Source: Cenococcum geophilum
Taxonomy: Eukaryota
DNA: 64,000 nucleotides
Assembly (NCBI GenBank): GCA_050273025.1
Contig: CP158635.1
Span: 9,362,001 to 9,426,000, forward strand
Direction: 5' to 3'
A program made the translations under genes and the position numbers. The notes beneath the pieces are model-generated. The model searched no databases and was not told where the DNA came from. It was given only the letters and a program-made list of their open reading frames with translations. Every line of letters starts with the position of its first letter. Position 1 is the stretch's first letter. This document shows, piece by piece, positions 52,501 through 64,000 of the stretch.

Positions 52501-55500
52501 AGTTTTTTTTAGGCACGGCGAACTTCTACCGAACGTTTATTGTTTACTACTTATAAGTAATACTCCTAATTACTAATCTACTAAAAGGATCTAAGAATAG
52601 TAGGAAGTTAGAACCCTTTATATTTAGGAAAGCTATTAAGTAGGCTATAGACCGGTTAAAGAATTTGTTTATGTTGGCGCCTATCTTAATATACTTCTGC
52701 TAGGAGCTATATATATACCTTAAAACGGATATATCCGGCTTTGCCCTAGGGGCAATTATATCTTAATTAAAAGACGGAAAATAGTATCCTGTGGCGTTTT
52801 AGTTAAGGAAAATAACCCCTATAGAGTAGCGTTATATAACGCACGACTAAAAGCTACTTACGATAATTACAGTAATAAAGCACTGGCGACATTATTATAT
52901 AGGAAGCAATTATCCTATTAAAGTCCTTACAGACCATAATAACCTAGAATACTTTATAACTATAAAGGTGTTAAGCAGTTAATAAGCAAGATAGGTAGAG
53001 GCACTATTGTAGTACGACTTTAAAATTACGTACTGCCCAGGAAAGATAAATCCTACTAATAGGTTATTAAGATGTTTAGATTATAAGACAGGGAGAATCT
53101 AGGACAGCATAGGGGAAATAATCCCTATATTGCAAAATTTGCTTAAAAAAAAAGAAGACTCTTTCCCTAAAACTATAGAATTTTATAGTAGGGCAAAGGT
53201 CCTAGTAATGCAGCTATAAAGCGACACAATTATAGAGCCGTAGGATATAGTTATAAACTAGGTTATAGACTAAGCAGATATTATAAAGTTAGCATACCCT
53301 AGAATTAGCAAGAATTCTACGGGATATACTAGAAATATTACGGTACCTTTAACTTAACGGCATATTAGCTACAAGTTTTCAGATCTAAGGGGGATAGGCA
53401 AGATACCTATCTGTAGCGTAGCATACTATACAATAGTAGGAGAATCTGCTGGTACTAATAGTTTAAAACGTCTTATACTACGCCTTAAGTCTATAATAGC
53501 GGCAGGTAAAATAAAAGCAAGTAATCTATATAAAACCTTTCTGGATCTTCTTCTTTAAGCTTAATAAAGGGACACCTTCGCCTCTAAGGAGAGATGGAAA
53601 AATATAGTAGAGACTAACTTAGCCAGAGTTACTAAGAAGCTATAGTAGTAAGACTAAAAGGGTCTGTTGCGCTTTAAGGGTGCTATATATATCCCAAAGG
53701 ATTAAGCAATTTAAGACGAAATTTTAAAGGTCTTCCACAACAACCCTTTTAGGGGTCACTACGGTACCAATAGAACCCTTAAGGCCGTTTAAAGGAAATA
53801 CTTTTAGAATGGAATATTTAAAGAAGTTAAGGACTATATATTAAGGTATAATACGTACTAAAGAATATAGATATCCAGGTATTACCTATATAGCGAGTTA
53901 TTAGTGCTTCCTATTCCGTAGGGACCCATATTAGAATTAATAATAGATTTTATTATAGGCTTACCCCCTACTAAGATAAAAACTAGAGAGGTTACTAACG
54001 CTATCCTAGTAATTATTAACAGGTATATAAAGTTTTTAGGATACTTTACTATTATAATAACGATTACGGTAGCAGAACTAGCAGACCTGTTTTTAGAATA
54101 GTAGCTTTTATTTAGCACGCCAAGGGGAATTATATCTAATAGAGGTACCGTATTTAACAGTACATTTTAGTCTGTATTCTGTCTCTTATTAAAAATATAG
54201 TAAAGGATAAGCACTACTTTCTACCTATAAATAAATGGGCAAACAAAGCGTCTAAATGCGTTGTTAGAACACTACCTCCACTACTATATTAATTATTAAC
54301 AGGATAATTAGATATTATAGTTAGCTTTAACGTAGCACGTGTATAATATAAGCATCTATAGTAGTATTAAAATGACCCCTTATAAAGCATTGTTTGGGGT
54401 AAAAGCAAATAACCCCTAGAACGTTAAGGACATTATTTCTAAAAGAGAGGCACTAGCGGCGTCCAAAAGAATTAAGCAAATGAGAATTTGTAGAGAGGAA
54501 CTTAAAAAGCACTTACTAGACGCCCAGGCTATATAAAAAAGGTACTATAACAAAAAACATATACTAAAAGAATTTAAGATAGGAGACGAAGTCTTACTAT
54601 TTATAAAAAATATCTAAATAAAACGCATTAAGAAGAAGCTGGATTATCGGTAGCTTAGACCCTTTAAAATAGTTAAGAAAACTAAAAAAAACCAAGCCTA
54701 TAAATTAGAATTACTAAAATCTTATCTAATATATCCTATATTTTATATTTCCTTACTAAAGCTATACTAAAGAAGAGATAGTACGGAACTACCCCTACCT
54801 AGTAAAATTAATAGGGAACTGGAATGGAATATAGAAGACATTCTAAACTAAAGATAGCGCTAGAAAAAGCGCGAATTTTTAGTTTATTAGGAAGAATACT
54901 CCTAGGTACATAACAGTTAGAAACCTAAGGAGTACCTTTAGCCGGAATATAATACCGCAATTAAAACCTTCCTAAGAACTAAAGGTAAAGACTTAAAAAT
55001 GGTTCCGGATATGCCATAGATAAAGCAACAGGAAAGACCCTATAAATTAAAACCATAGAATTAAGTATAGGCATTAAGAACGGAAACGTTTCGCTATTAT
55101 AATAGGGATCCTAAAATCCTATAAGAGAAAGCCTATAGGGATCTATAGGAGAACCACTAGGGATACTATTTAAAGAAGACGCTAGTTAAGAAGGAGCAGT
55201 AGTACTATAAGAAGTAGCCTTAGGGATTCAGAAAGATCCCCTAGGGATAAAAGGAGAGTATCTGGCCCGGCACCGGAGATATATAGTAGAGTTAATAGTA
55301 CAAAGAGGAGCAAAAGAACAGCCTATAAAGAATTAGAAATTTTAAGAAATTATAAGGCACCTATAGGAATACCACCCATTTATCATATATAGGGATTATA
55401 GTAGTGCACTATATTTATATAGATTATCACTAAAGCTTAGAATAAAGGCATCCCTAAAGTATAAAGTTAATTCCCAATAATAGGGCATCCTAGAGGCACC

Positions 55501-57298
55501 CAAGAGGCACTATATAAAGCTATTCTATAAGAAGAAGGAAAGAGCTAGGTAATAACTTAAACACTAGCAGTAGTAATAGGAGCCTCCTCTTCCATCTTAA
55601 TATTATTATTAACGGTATTATTAGCTCCTCTATCCCCAGAAGCATTAGCACTTCTACTAATATTCTTCTTAAAATAACGGGTACTAAAAGGACTAGTACG
55701 GGCGGGAAACTAGCGAGAAGAACGTTTATCTTAACCTTTATCGCTATCCTTAGTATCCCTAGGTTCCAAATCGGCGTCTAAGTAGGGATTAGAGAGATGT
55801 TAGCTAAAGGAGTTAGTATAGTTCCTAAGCGAGTTACTAGAGAAACTTACCTAGCTAAAATAGCCCGCGTAAGAGTACGAATATTATTATTAATAAGGAC
55901 GAGCTGTTCGCATATACACTCCTAGATACTATATATCTAAGAACGTTGCGTCTCTATAGTAGTGGAAACCCTTATAGAACTAAAGAGTTTATAAGTAAGG
56001 GAAGACACCTTCTATCCCTACCTATTACTATTAAAATATTAGCGGAAATCTTAGATGGCGCGTTAGAGCCTATAAGTCTTATATATATAGATAGTGGGGA
56101 TCTAGTATAATTAGCAAAATCTAAAATAGGACGGAATGGGAAATACCAAAATGTAGGTCTTTCTCCTACTATAACAATAGGAGTACTTAGATTTATTTTC
56201 GCTAGAGTAAGGCATCTTATAAACGTGGGAAGGATCCTATATAAGAGTATAAATGCAGTAATAATAGCATTTTAGGGAAACTGCCATAGGAGTAATAAAT
56301 GCTGTCTAGGGCGTTACCGGGAGATTAATAACACTGCCGCTGGTCTAGGGACGCGTAGAAGGACTATAAGCCATTATAAGAGAATACTCTAAGAAGTTAG
56401 CATTGTTATAAGAGATAAGGTGGGGATCCTATTACTTATAAACGTGTTATAAAAAGAGAATAAAGTAGCTATAAAAGAATAGCTAGAGACACGGAAGCTA
56501 AAAGTAGGGATATAAAGGAAATAGTTTGCTAAAAGATAAGACAAATAGTGTTGTTAATAAAAAGACGCGTAAAAGGCAACAGCTTATAAACTGGAAGAAA
56601 ATTAAAATAAAGACATTATTATTAGAATCTATTTTAGGTAAATAGGGATAGTAGCTTATAAACGCGTTACATAGAACAACCTCTAGATTAACTTATAACA
56701 AACTCTTATAATAAGAAAGGTAAATCCTATCCAATTTTTATTATTATTATTTTAGTTCTATTATAAAGGTATTATAAGAAACTATAGTAGGAGAAGAGTA
56801 AAGGAACTAAGGATAAAGTAAGGTTCCACGCTAGTAAAGAACTAGCTATAAGCCGCATTATAAAGTACCTTTCTACTAAGAATTTCCCTAGTAGTTTTAG
56901 CCGGAACTCTATAAAAGCTTAGTAAAGGCAAAGTCTTAGAGAACTAAAACCCTTAAAGGGGAGGCAATTGTAACGGAATTCCCTAAAAGGTACATATTAG
57001 ATAAAACAGGAGAAGGTCTTATCTATATTCCATCTACGTCCCAAAAGACATAGTCAGATAGATAAGGGGTAAAGGGTTTTACTAGCGTCTTAGAAGGATT
57101 ATATAGGGAGCTAGTTCTCCTTTAGAGAAGAACTAGCAATTAGTCTTTAAATAAAAGTAGTTAAAAGCATTTGTCCTTTAATACATAAAACTCATTCTAC
57201 CTTTAACTTACCTTTTATTTACCTTTAACTTACCTTCTACTTACTAGTAACACTGTTAATTAGATAGTTATACGTTCTAGTTAGGCTGGCCTCTTACA
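49569..57298 (+). mobile_element. Full-length Ty3/Gypsy family G element (7.7 kb) with a long 3' region
   Basis: LTRs at 49569-49922 and 56969-57298; TSD AATAT (49564-49568, 57299-57303); gag CCHC near 51040, DSGA protease near 51245, RT, RH, IN, chromodomain to about 55000; PPT AAAGGGGAGG. Confidence 0.96.
55557..56374 (-). pseudogene. Antisense accessory gene of family G: RIPped, two introns, six-Cys Zn-cluster-like N-terminus, about 242 codons
   Basis: ATG at 56374; CX2CX11CX11CX2CX6C (de-RIPped); intron GTATTT..GCTAAT..TAG at 56146-56102; intron GTAAGT..ACTAAC..TTTAG at 55850-55804; single frame after splicing ending in an acidic MEEEAP tail. Confidence 0.75.
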
Positions 57299-57338
57299 AA
57301 TATCCATTTAATTAATTTGGTTAATATTATTACTTATT

Positions 57339-58030
57339 ATACCTAAAGCAATTTCTTCTTCCTTAACCCTTTATTATACTTGCACTATCGCTATAATATT
57401 ATCTCTTAGTGAGATTATACTATCTCCGTATTCTTACTGTTTGAAAAAAGGGTTAGTCTATATTACGTTAGTAAACCCATTTTCGCAACAACCGTCCTCT
57501 TATTTAAAGTGCACTAAAGCGAATATTTATTCGTCCTATAATGTTTGCTCTATCTCTAATGCTAAATATACGCGGCCTATTACTTTTAATAGTTATCTAA
57601 TTCCCTAATTAATTTGTCTTAAGGTTTTATATTTAATTTACTGCTACGCGGCTAGATAATAAACTGTCTATTACTTTAGCGGAACTATACTGTTCTTATA
57701 ACGTAGAATAGAAGGCAGCTAATACTTAGCAAAGGGCTCTTAAGTCTTATCTTATAGCGTCCGCTTAGTTAATCTGTCTTAAGAAGGTTTATAAAAAGGT
57801 CCGCTTTAAGGAGTAGAAACCTATAAAATAGGGTTTATAGGAACTTAGTAATAAAAGAACGGACTTTCTTCTAAGAAAGAAGGAAATAAATCTAAGTAGT
57901 TCGGCAACTACTCTTCTTAGGTTCCCCTTAGGTAACTTATTCTTTAGTAATCCTTTTTTATTAATACTACCTAACCTAATCTCTTCTAATACTCCTATAC
58001 CTTTTCTATAGCGTTTTTTTAAATTTTCTA
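57339..58030 (+). pseudogene. Antisense accessory gene of family F copy 2, Zn2Cys6-like, RIPped
   Basis: Paralogue of 42348-43010; Cys2 (TGT) and Cys5 (TGC) are intact in this copy. Confidence 0.68.
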
Positions 58031-61000
58031 GTAGTTTTTAGGTAGTCTTACTATAGCCTATCCACTTAACCTTATACTATATTTCATCGTTAGTATCCTT
58101 ATAATTAACGATCTTTAAAACTTGCTATTTATCTTCTTCTTATCCTCTATACATGTCTGCTTTATAGACTAGTAGCTTAATATTCCTATATACTAGCTCT
58201 AGTATTGCGATATACTATATAGGGTAAATCTTTATCTTTACTAGTAGGTTTAATTTAAACGTAACTAATAAAATCCTTTATATAATTTTAAAAGGTCCTA
58301 GTCTAATATAGTCTAACTTCTTACTTAGTTATCGACTCTTAAAATTTTTGTGTAGTAGCTATACTTTATTTCCCTCCTTAAGATCTGGTCCCTTAGATCT
58401 TTTAGTGTTATAGTACCTTTTTATTCTCTCTTATACTATTTTTACTACTTCCATAAGGTCTATATAAAGATTTATTAACGGCTTTATTCTTTCTTTAACT
58501 ATACTACTCGTTTTCTTTACTTATTATAGTAACAACGATATTCTTAGCTTATATCTATAATTCGCCTTAAATAGTAATATACCTATTCCTTCTTAAGGTA
58601 TTGCATTGTATATAAACTATATAACTAGTAATAACAATACCTAATTATCCTATACGTGATTAATATAGTGCCTTAAATACTGCTCTAGTGTCTAATTTAA
58701 TCTTTCTATTTAACCGTCTGTCTGCGGACAATATGCGATAGAATTTACTACTCTAACTCCTTATTCTGCTAAGAATACCTTCTAAAATGTTGCTATAAAT
58801 CTTAGATCTCTATCCGATATAATCTTACTTAGTGCTCTATATCTTATAAACACTTCCTTAATACAAATTCTAGCGATATCTTCTGCTAATATTTCTTCTA
58901 TATATGCTATAGAGTATCCCTACTTTATAAGCTTATCCACTATTACTAAGATTACGTTATAATCTTATCCGGTAATAGGGTCTCTTAATTTTAGCAACTT
59001 AATAATAAAGTCCTATAATATAACCTCCTATAGTCTTTCTAGTATTTTAATAGGTTATAGCCCTCTATATAGCTTATGCCTTATTAGTTTATTTCTTTAG
59101 CAATCTAGGTATTCCTTAGTTACCTTTTGCGCTAAGCCCTAGATTCTATTAATAATATATTCCTCCTAAAGTTTTAATACTAAGCCCATTGCTCTATTAT
59201 GTCCTTAAGTTATTCCCTTATAAAAATCTTTTATAAATTGTTCTGCTATACTTCTTAGAATATACTTAGCTTCTTAATATTCGTATATATCCGTCTATAG
59301 ATCTTCTAGCTATACTTTTAGAATTCTTTATACCTAAAGGCTTTCTAGTAACTTGTAAACTCTCTCTAATTCTTCCTAAGTTATTATAATCTTTAGATAA
59401 TTATATCTAATTAATCCGTCTATATCTTTTTATAGTAAGGCCCCTAATAGCTTCTCGTTATTTTATAGTTTAGCTTTTTAACTTAGAGCGTCTGCTTGTG
59501 TATTATCTATACCCTTAGTATACTAAATCTTAAAATAGTATTCTATAAGTATCTTTACCCATCTAACCTACCTTTAATTAAGTTTCTTTATTATTAGGAA
59601 TCTTGTTAGGTTCTTATAGTCTATCTTAACTATAAATAGTTTTTTTATACCCTGTAAGAATGCTCTTTATTTCTTTAATGCTGCGACTATACCTAGCAAC
59701 TCTTTATTATAGATATTGTAGTTTAGCTCTAGTAGTATTATCTTCCGACTATAGTATGCCACTAAATACTATCTATCTAGATATTTCTGTATAAAGTATA
59801 CTCCTAGTATAAAGTCTAATATATCCGTTTCTATAACCGTCTCTAGTTTTAGTTAATAGATTTTAAGAACTAGCTCCTAGATAAACAACTCCTTAACTTA
59901 TTTAAATAATTTCTTCTATTTCTCTCCCTATGCCCACGGTTCTTCTTTCTTTGTTAATCGCGTAAATAGCTTAATATCTTTTAACTATTATGCTATAAAC
60001 CTTCTGCAGTAATTGCAAAACCCTAGAAATAATCTTAACTGCGTAACGTTCTCTAGTTCTTACTAATTTACTATAGCCTTAATCTTCTTTAGATCTATAC
60101 TAAGTTGGCCTAGTTTAATAATAAATTTAATAAAATCGGTCTTTTTTATAAAGAACTCGTATTTCTTAATTGTTACTAGTATCTATTTTTCCTATAGTCT
60201 CTTTAAGACCCATTTAATATATTCTTCGTATTCTTCCTCGTTTATTAAGTAGATAATAATATTATTAAGATATACCATAACAAATTCATCCAAGTATTCT
60301 CCTAATATATTATTAATACACTTTTAGAATATTACTAGTGCGTTTATAAGCCTAAATTGTATAACTAATAGCTTATATAGTCCTTCCTTTAACCTAAAGG
60401 CTACTTTTTATTTATCGCCTTCCTTAATTCTAATCTAATAATACGCCTATCTTAGATCTATCTTCGTAAAGATTTGCGCGTTACCTATTCTATTTTAAAT
60501 TTTGCTAATTAAGGGTAAAGGATACCTATCCTTCCTAGTAATGCTATTTAACTGTCTATAATTAATATACAGCCTTAGTTTACCATTCTTCTTTAGTATA
60601 AATAGTACTAGATAACCCGCTAATAACTATAATAGTCTAATATATCCCTTTTGTAGGTTTTCCTAGACAAACTCTTTTAACGCTTTACCCTCTTCTTTAG
60701 TAAGCTTATAGATTAGAAAGAACCTTAAACTTATTTCTAGTTCTAATTCTATCTTATAGTCCTATACTATATACTCTAACAGCTTCTTACTCTCTGGTGA
60801 CTATAGTTTCTTACTATACTTATAGTATCTTTTTAGTACGTGACTTAAGCCTTACTTAATCTCTTTATATATCGCTCTAACTTAGTACTATACTATTTTA
60901 GCTTATTATCGCATCTTATAGCGTTAAGTATCCTAGATATTGACCTAACCTATAACCTAATTAATCCTTAGATTATATTCCTATAACTAAGGCATTCCTA

Positions 61001-62549
61001 GTACTACCTTATTATTCCCTAATAGTAATATATTAAAAGATATCTTAATTTATCTTCCTTTAATGGTTAATTAAATAGGTCCTGTTTTAAGATTAATAAT
61101 ACCTCTTCTATAGGCTATTGGATTTCCTAAAATTGTTACTAATAGGTAAGGGTGCTCCTTTCTTCTATATAGTAACCCTATTCTTTTAACTACTACTAGT
61201 AAGATATAGTTCCTTATTACTCCACTATCTATTAATACCTTAAACTATTAATCTTACCACTTAACTTATAAATTTAGGTATTATCCTTAAATTCCTTTAA
61301 GGGTCTAAAGCTCTACTACTAGTTCTCTCTAGTCCTATAGGCCTCTACTTTTCCTAATTATTAGCTACTTAATCTTATTTATACTTAGTCCACTTTTAAC
61401 CAATACTTAGTTTGCTTTTTATCTTTAATATACTATAGATATATATTCTCTAGGCATTCTCACCACTATTATCCGTCTAGGCATTCTTCCGTAAGGAATC
61501 TTTTTAGTTAAAGTATTAAGTCCCCTAACTCTTAAACTTCTACTAAATGCTAGTTATGTATATGCTTAGCGTTTTTATACCTTTATTCTTCTGCTATCTA
61601 ATATATTCTTATAGGGTATTTCTGGTGCTTATCTTTAGGTGCTCTATATATATTATATATATTATCTATATATGCAATCTATACTAATGTATAGTATACT
61701 TAGTGTCTTAGGTTAACTCTTAGCTTATCTTTATTCTTAAGTTTAAACCTTTCTTATACTAATCTAAACGTTATAACTTTATTTGCAGGTACTAAAATAC
61801 ATCTCTTACTTCTCTAGTCCTCTAATTATTCCTCTAGATCCTTTAATATTATAATTAAGGCTCCTTTAATATAAGTTATAGCCTTTTCTATAATTGGGTG
61901 GTCTTAGATAACTTTCTTATTTAACTATATATAGAAATCTTCCCGCTCGTCATTATGCCTCTACTTATACTACTTTTAGTATAGCTATTAGAGTGTATAC
62001 AATTCGTCCATAAGGAAGTATCTTCTTATTACTATATTGTAACAGCCCTTTATATATCGTTCCTTAAACCTAGTTAAAATCCCTAGATCCTCTTTTTATT
62101 CCAGTTTAGTAAGCCACTTAGCTCTTAGTATGCCTACTCTAGGCCTATTAGTGATTATTCGTACTAGTACTCTATCTCGTGTACGTCCTAATATACTAAA
62201 TCTCTTATTTAGTTTCTATTCTTACTATAAGGTAATTCTCGCTCTAAATTCCTCTATAGTTTTCTTTCTTTCGCGTCTCGCGAGTGGATCCTTAAAGTTA
62301 TCTTACTTCCTAATCTTAGTGTTAATCTTTTAATCCTTAGGCTAAACACTATATTCCCCTAGTAAATCTTCTAGGTCCATATTCCTATTTCCTAGTCTTA
62401 TTGCGGTTTACGCTATAGATTCTTTAATCTTATTAATAGTCCTTATTTATATCTCAAAGTCTTAGTTCTATAGGATTTTTAATCCTAAGCTTGCTTCTAA
62501 CTTAAGCTTAGCTCCTACCTTAGTCTAACTAAGCTTAGGTGTTTTTATT

Positions 62550-62750
62550 TCATCTTAAGAATCTTAAATTTTACTTATCTTATCTTAAGAATCTTATACC
62601 TGTAGGAAACTCTATTCTAAGCTTATTTATATATTTTTAAACTAAGCTACTACTCTGCTCCATTGGTTTCTATCTATTATAGGTCCTTAAGCTTACCTCA
62701 TCTTGTCTTAAGAATCTTAGTTGTCTCTTATCTCGTCTTAAGAATCTTAA
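62550..62750. repeat. Imperfect short repeats (TCTTAAGAATCTTA core) within the gag-like region of family F
   Basis: Four copies at about 62553, 62583, 62706 and 62736. Confidence 0.6.
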
Positions 62751-64000
62751 GCCTTTAGCTTCTTGCCCTTATTAAGTGCCAAAGTGGTTTATTGTCCTAC
62801 TTCTCTTACGTCTCGCGAAGCAATAGACATTATATCTAGTAGGGTCTTAATCCCTACTAATATTCCCTGTTCTATAGTGGAATTATCCTCTACTTCTTAT
62901 ATAACATCTCTAAAGTCTATATACTCCCAGTAAGCTGCTTTCATTACCTTATTATTATAAAATGTTTCGCCTATATTAAATTCATCGTCTTTAATATCCA
63001 ATCTATAAACTAGTTTATTGGTTCCTCTACAAACTATAGGGTTTAGCTCCTATAGCCAATAGCTTACACTATATTTAGCGTCTTTATAAATTCGGTATAC
63101 GTTGTTATAACAAAACGCAAAACTTCTAATTAAACATTCTTTTGTTCCTTGTAGTACACTATTACCCTTCTATATATATGTGTCTTCTGCTAATCTAGTT
63201 CCCTTTATTACATAGTAACTCTAACTATCTTTATAATCCCTTATAAAGTAACCTTATTTTCCGCAATTTATATAAGCTCTATCTTTAAACTATTAACTTT
63301 ATTATAGAGTCCGCCTAAACGTCTTCTACTATTAAGATCCCTAGTTTAGCCTCCGCTCCTTAGTCCTATAATTACTAGATTCTTAACCTCTAGGTTTTTA
63401 TAGTTTCTTACTCCATCTCTTATAGGTTTCTTTAGTACCGCTTAGGTCCATTAGCTCTACGCTATACTATAGTTTCTAACTTAGCTTTAGTTATTGCGTA
63501 CTCTATGCCTTATATAACTATAGAACTCTATCCTAACCCTTCTTAGCCTATTCCCTTTAGTAGATCCAATTATTAATCTTAATTACTTAATCTATTAAAT
63601 CTTATAGGGTGTTCGTATCTTCTATTAAAATAATTACGTCCTAGACTTTAGCCTTAAGTCCTTACTTATACTATGCTATAAGCGCTCTATTATTCTACTT
63701 AACTTATATAGCTAGCGTCTAGAACTGTATTATATACTTAATTACTAAGGTCCGTTACGTAATGCCCTAAAGTTTCCTTTTTACTATAGTTATTCTTTCT
63801 AGATCTCTAAATATTTATATAAGTCGCTTTATAAACCCTTTCTAACTTAAGAACATAAATTATATATCTTAATTAGTGGTCGTTATTCTATTTATCTGTA
63901 TTTCTATAAGGTAAGATTTAAACTATTTAAGTGCTCTTTCTAATAGGAATAGTCCTATATAGGCTATTCAATCCATAAGTGTTAGTAGCTTTACTCCTTC

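Larger units (their letters stand above)
49072..64000 (-). mobile_element. Ty3/Gypsy family F copy 2 (5' end outside window), inserted in F copy 1 and interrupted by element G
   Basis: 424-bp LTR at 49072-49495; pol at about 58030-61350 and a long gag-like region at about 61350-64000; F copy 1 breaks at TCTAG (49067-49071), matching uninterrupted 61476-61480. Confidence 0.93.

Noticed and set aside
1..64000. Alternative genetic code (TAA/TAG readthrough), or organellar or bacterial origin
   Set aside because: Paralogous copies differ almost entirely by C/T and G/A transitions, and stops vary between copies, which RIP explains.
1..64000. Centromere or giant (Starship-type) element call
   Set aside because: AT-rich nested transposons fit any heterochromatic block; no tyrosine recombinase or cargo genes are visible, and centromere status needs CENP-A data.

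Overview
A gene-free, AT-rich stretch of fungal (Pezizomycotina-type) heterochromatin made entirely of nested transposons. Most of it is heavily damaged by RIP-like mutation: CpA/TpG are depleted, TpA is in excess, and coding frames are full of TAA/TAG. Junctions and target-site duplications (TSDs) resolve six Ty3/Gypsy families (informally A, B, C, D, F, G), a Tad1-like LINE split into four pieces, the 3' end of a Ty1/Copia element, a family A solo LTR, a 119-bp pogo/Fot1-type MITE, and a largely un-RIPped 2.6-kb TA-flanked TIR element carrying tandem arrays. The main observation is that three different Gypsy families (C, G, F) each carry a degenerate extra gene between pol and the 3' LTR, antisense to gag-pol. 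Once RIP changes are reversed, each encodes an N-terminal six-cysteine Zn-cluster-like motif, and in C and G two canonical spliceosomal introns are visible. This looks like a retrotransposon-borne accessory regulator module. No intact host gene is visible, and apart from one fragment of the family C antisense gene (12612-12866) the supplied ORFs are artefacts. The species cannot be determined. De-RIPped translations are manual inferences.
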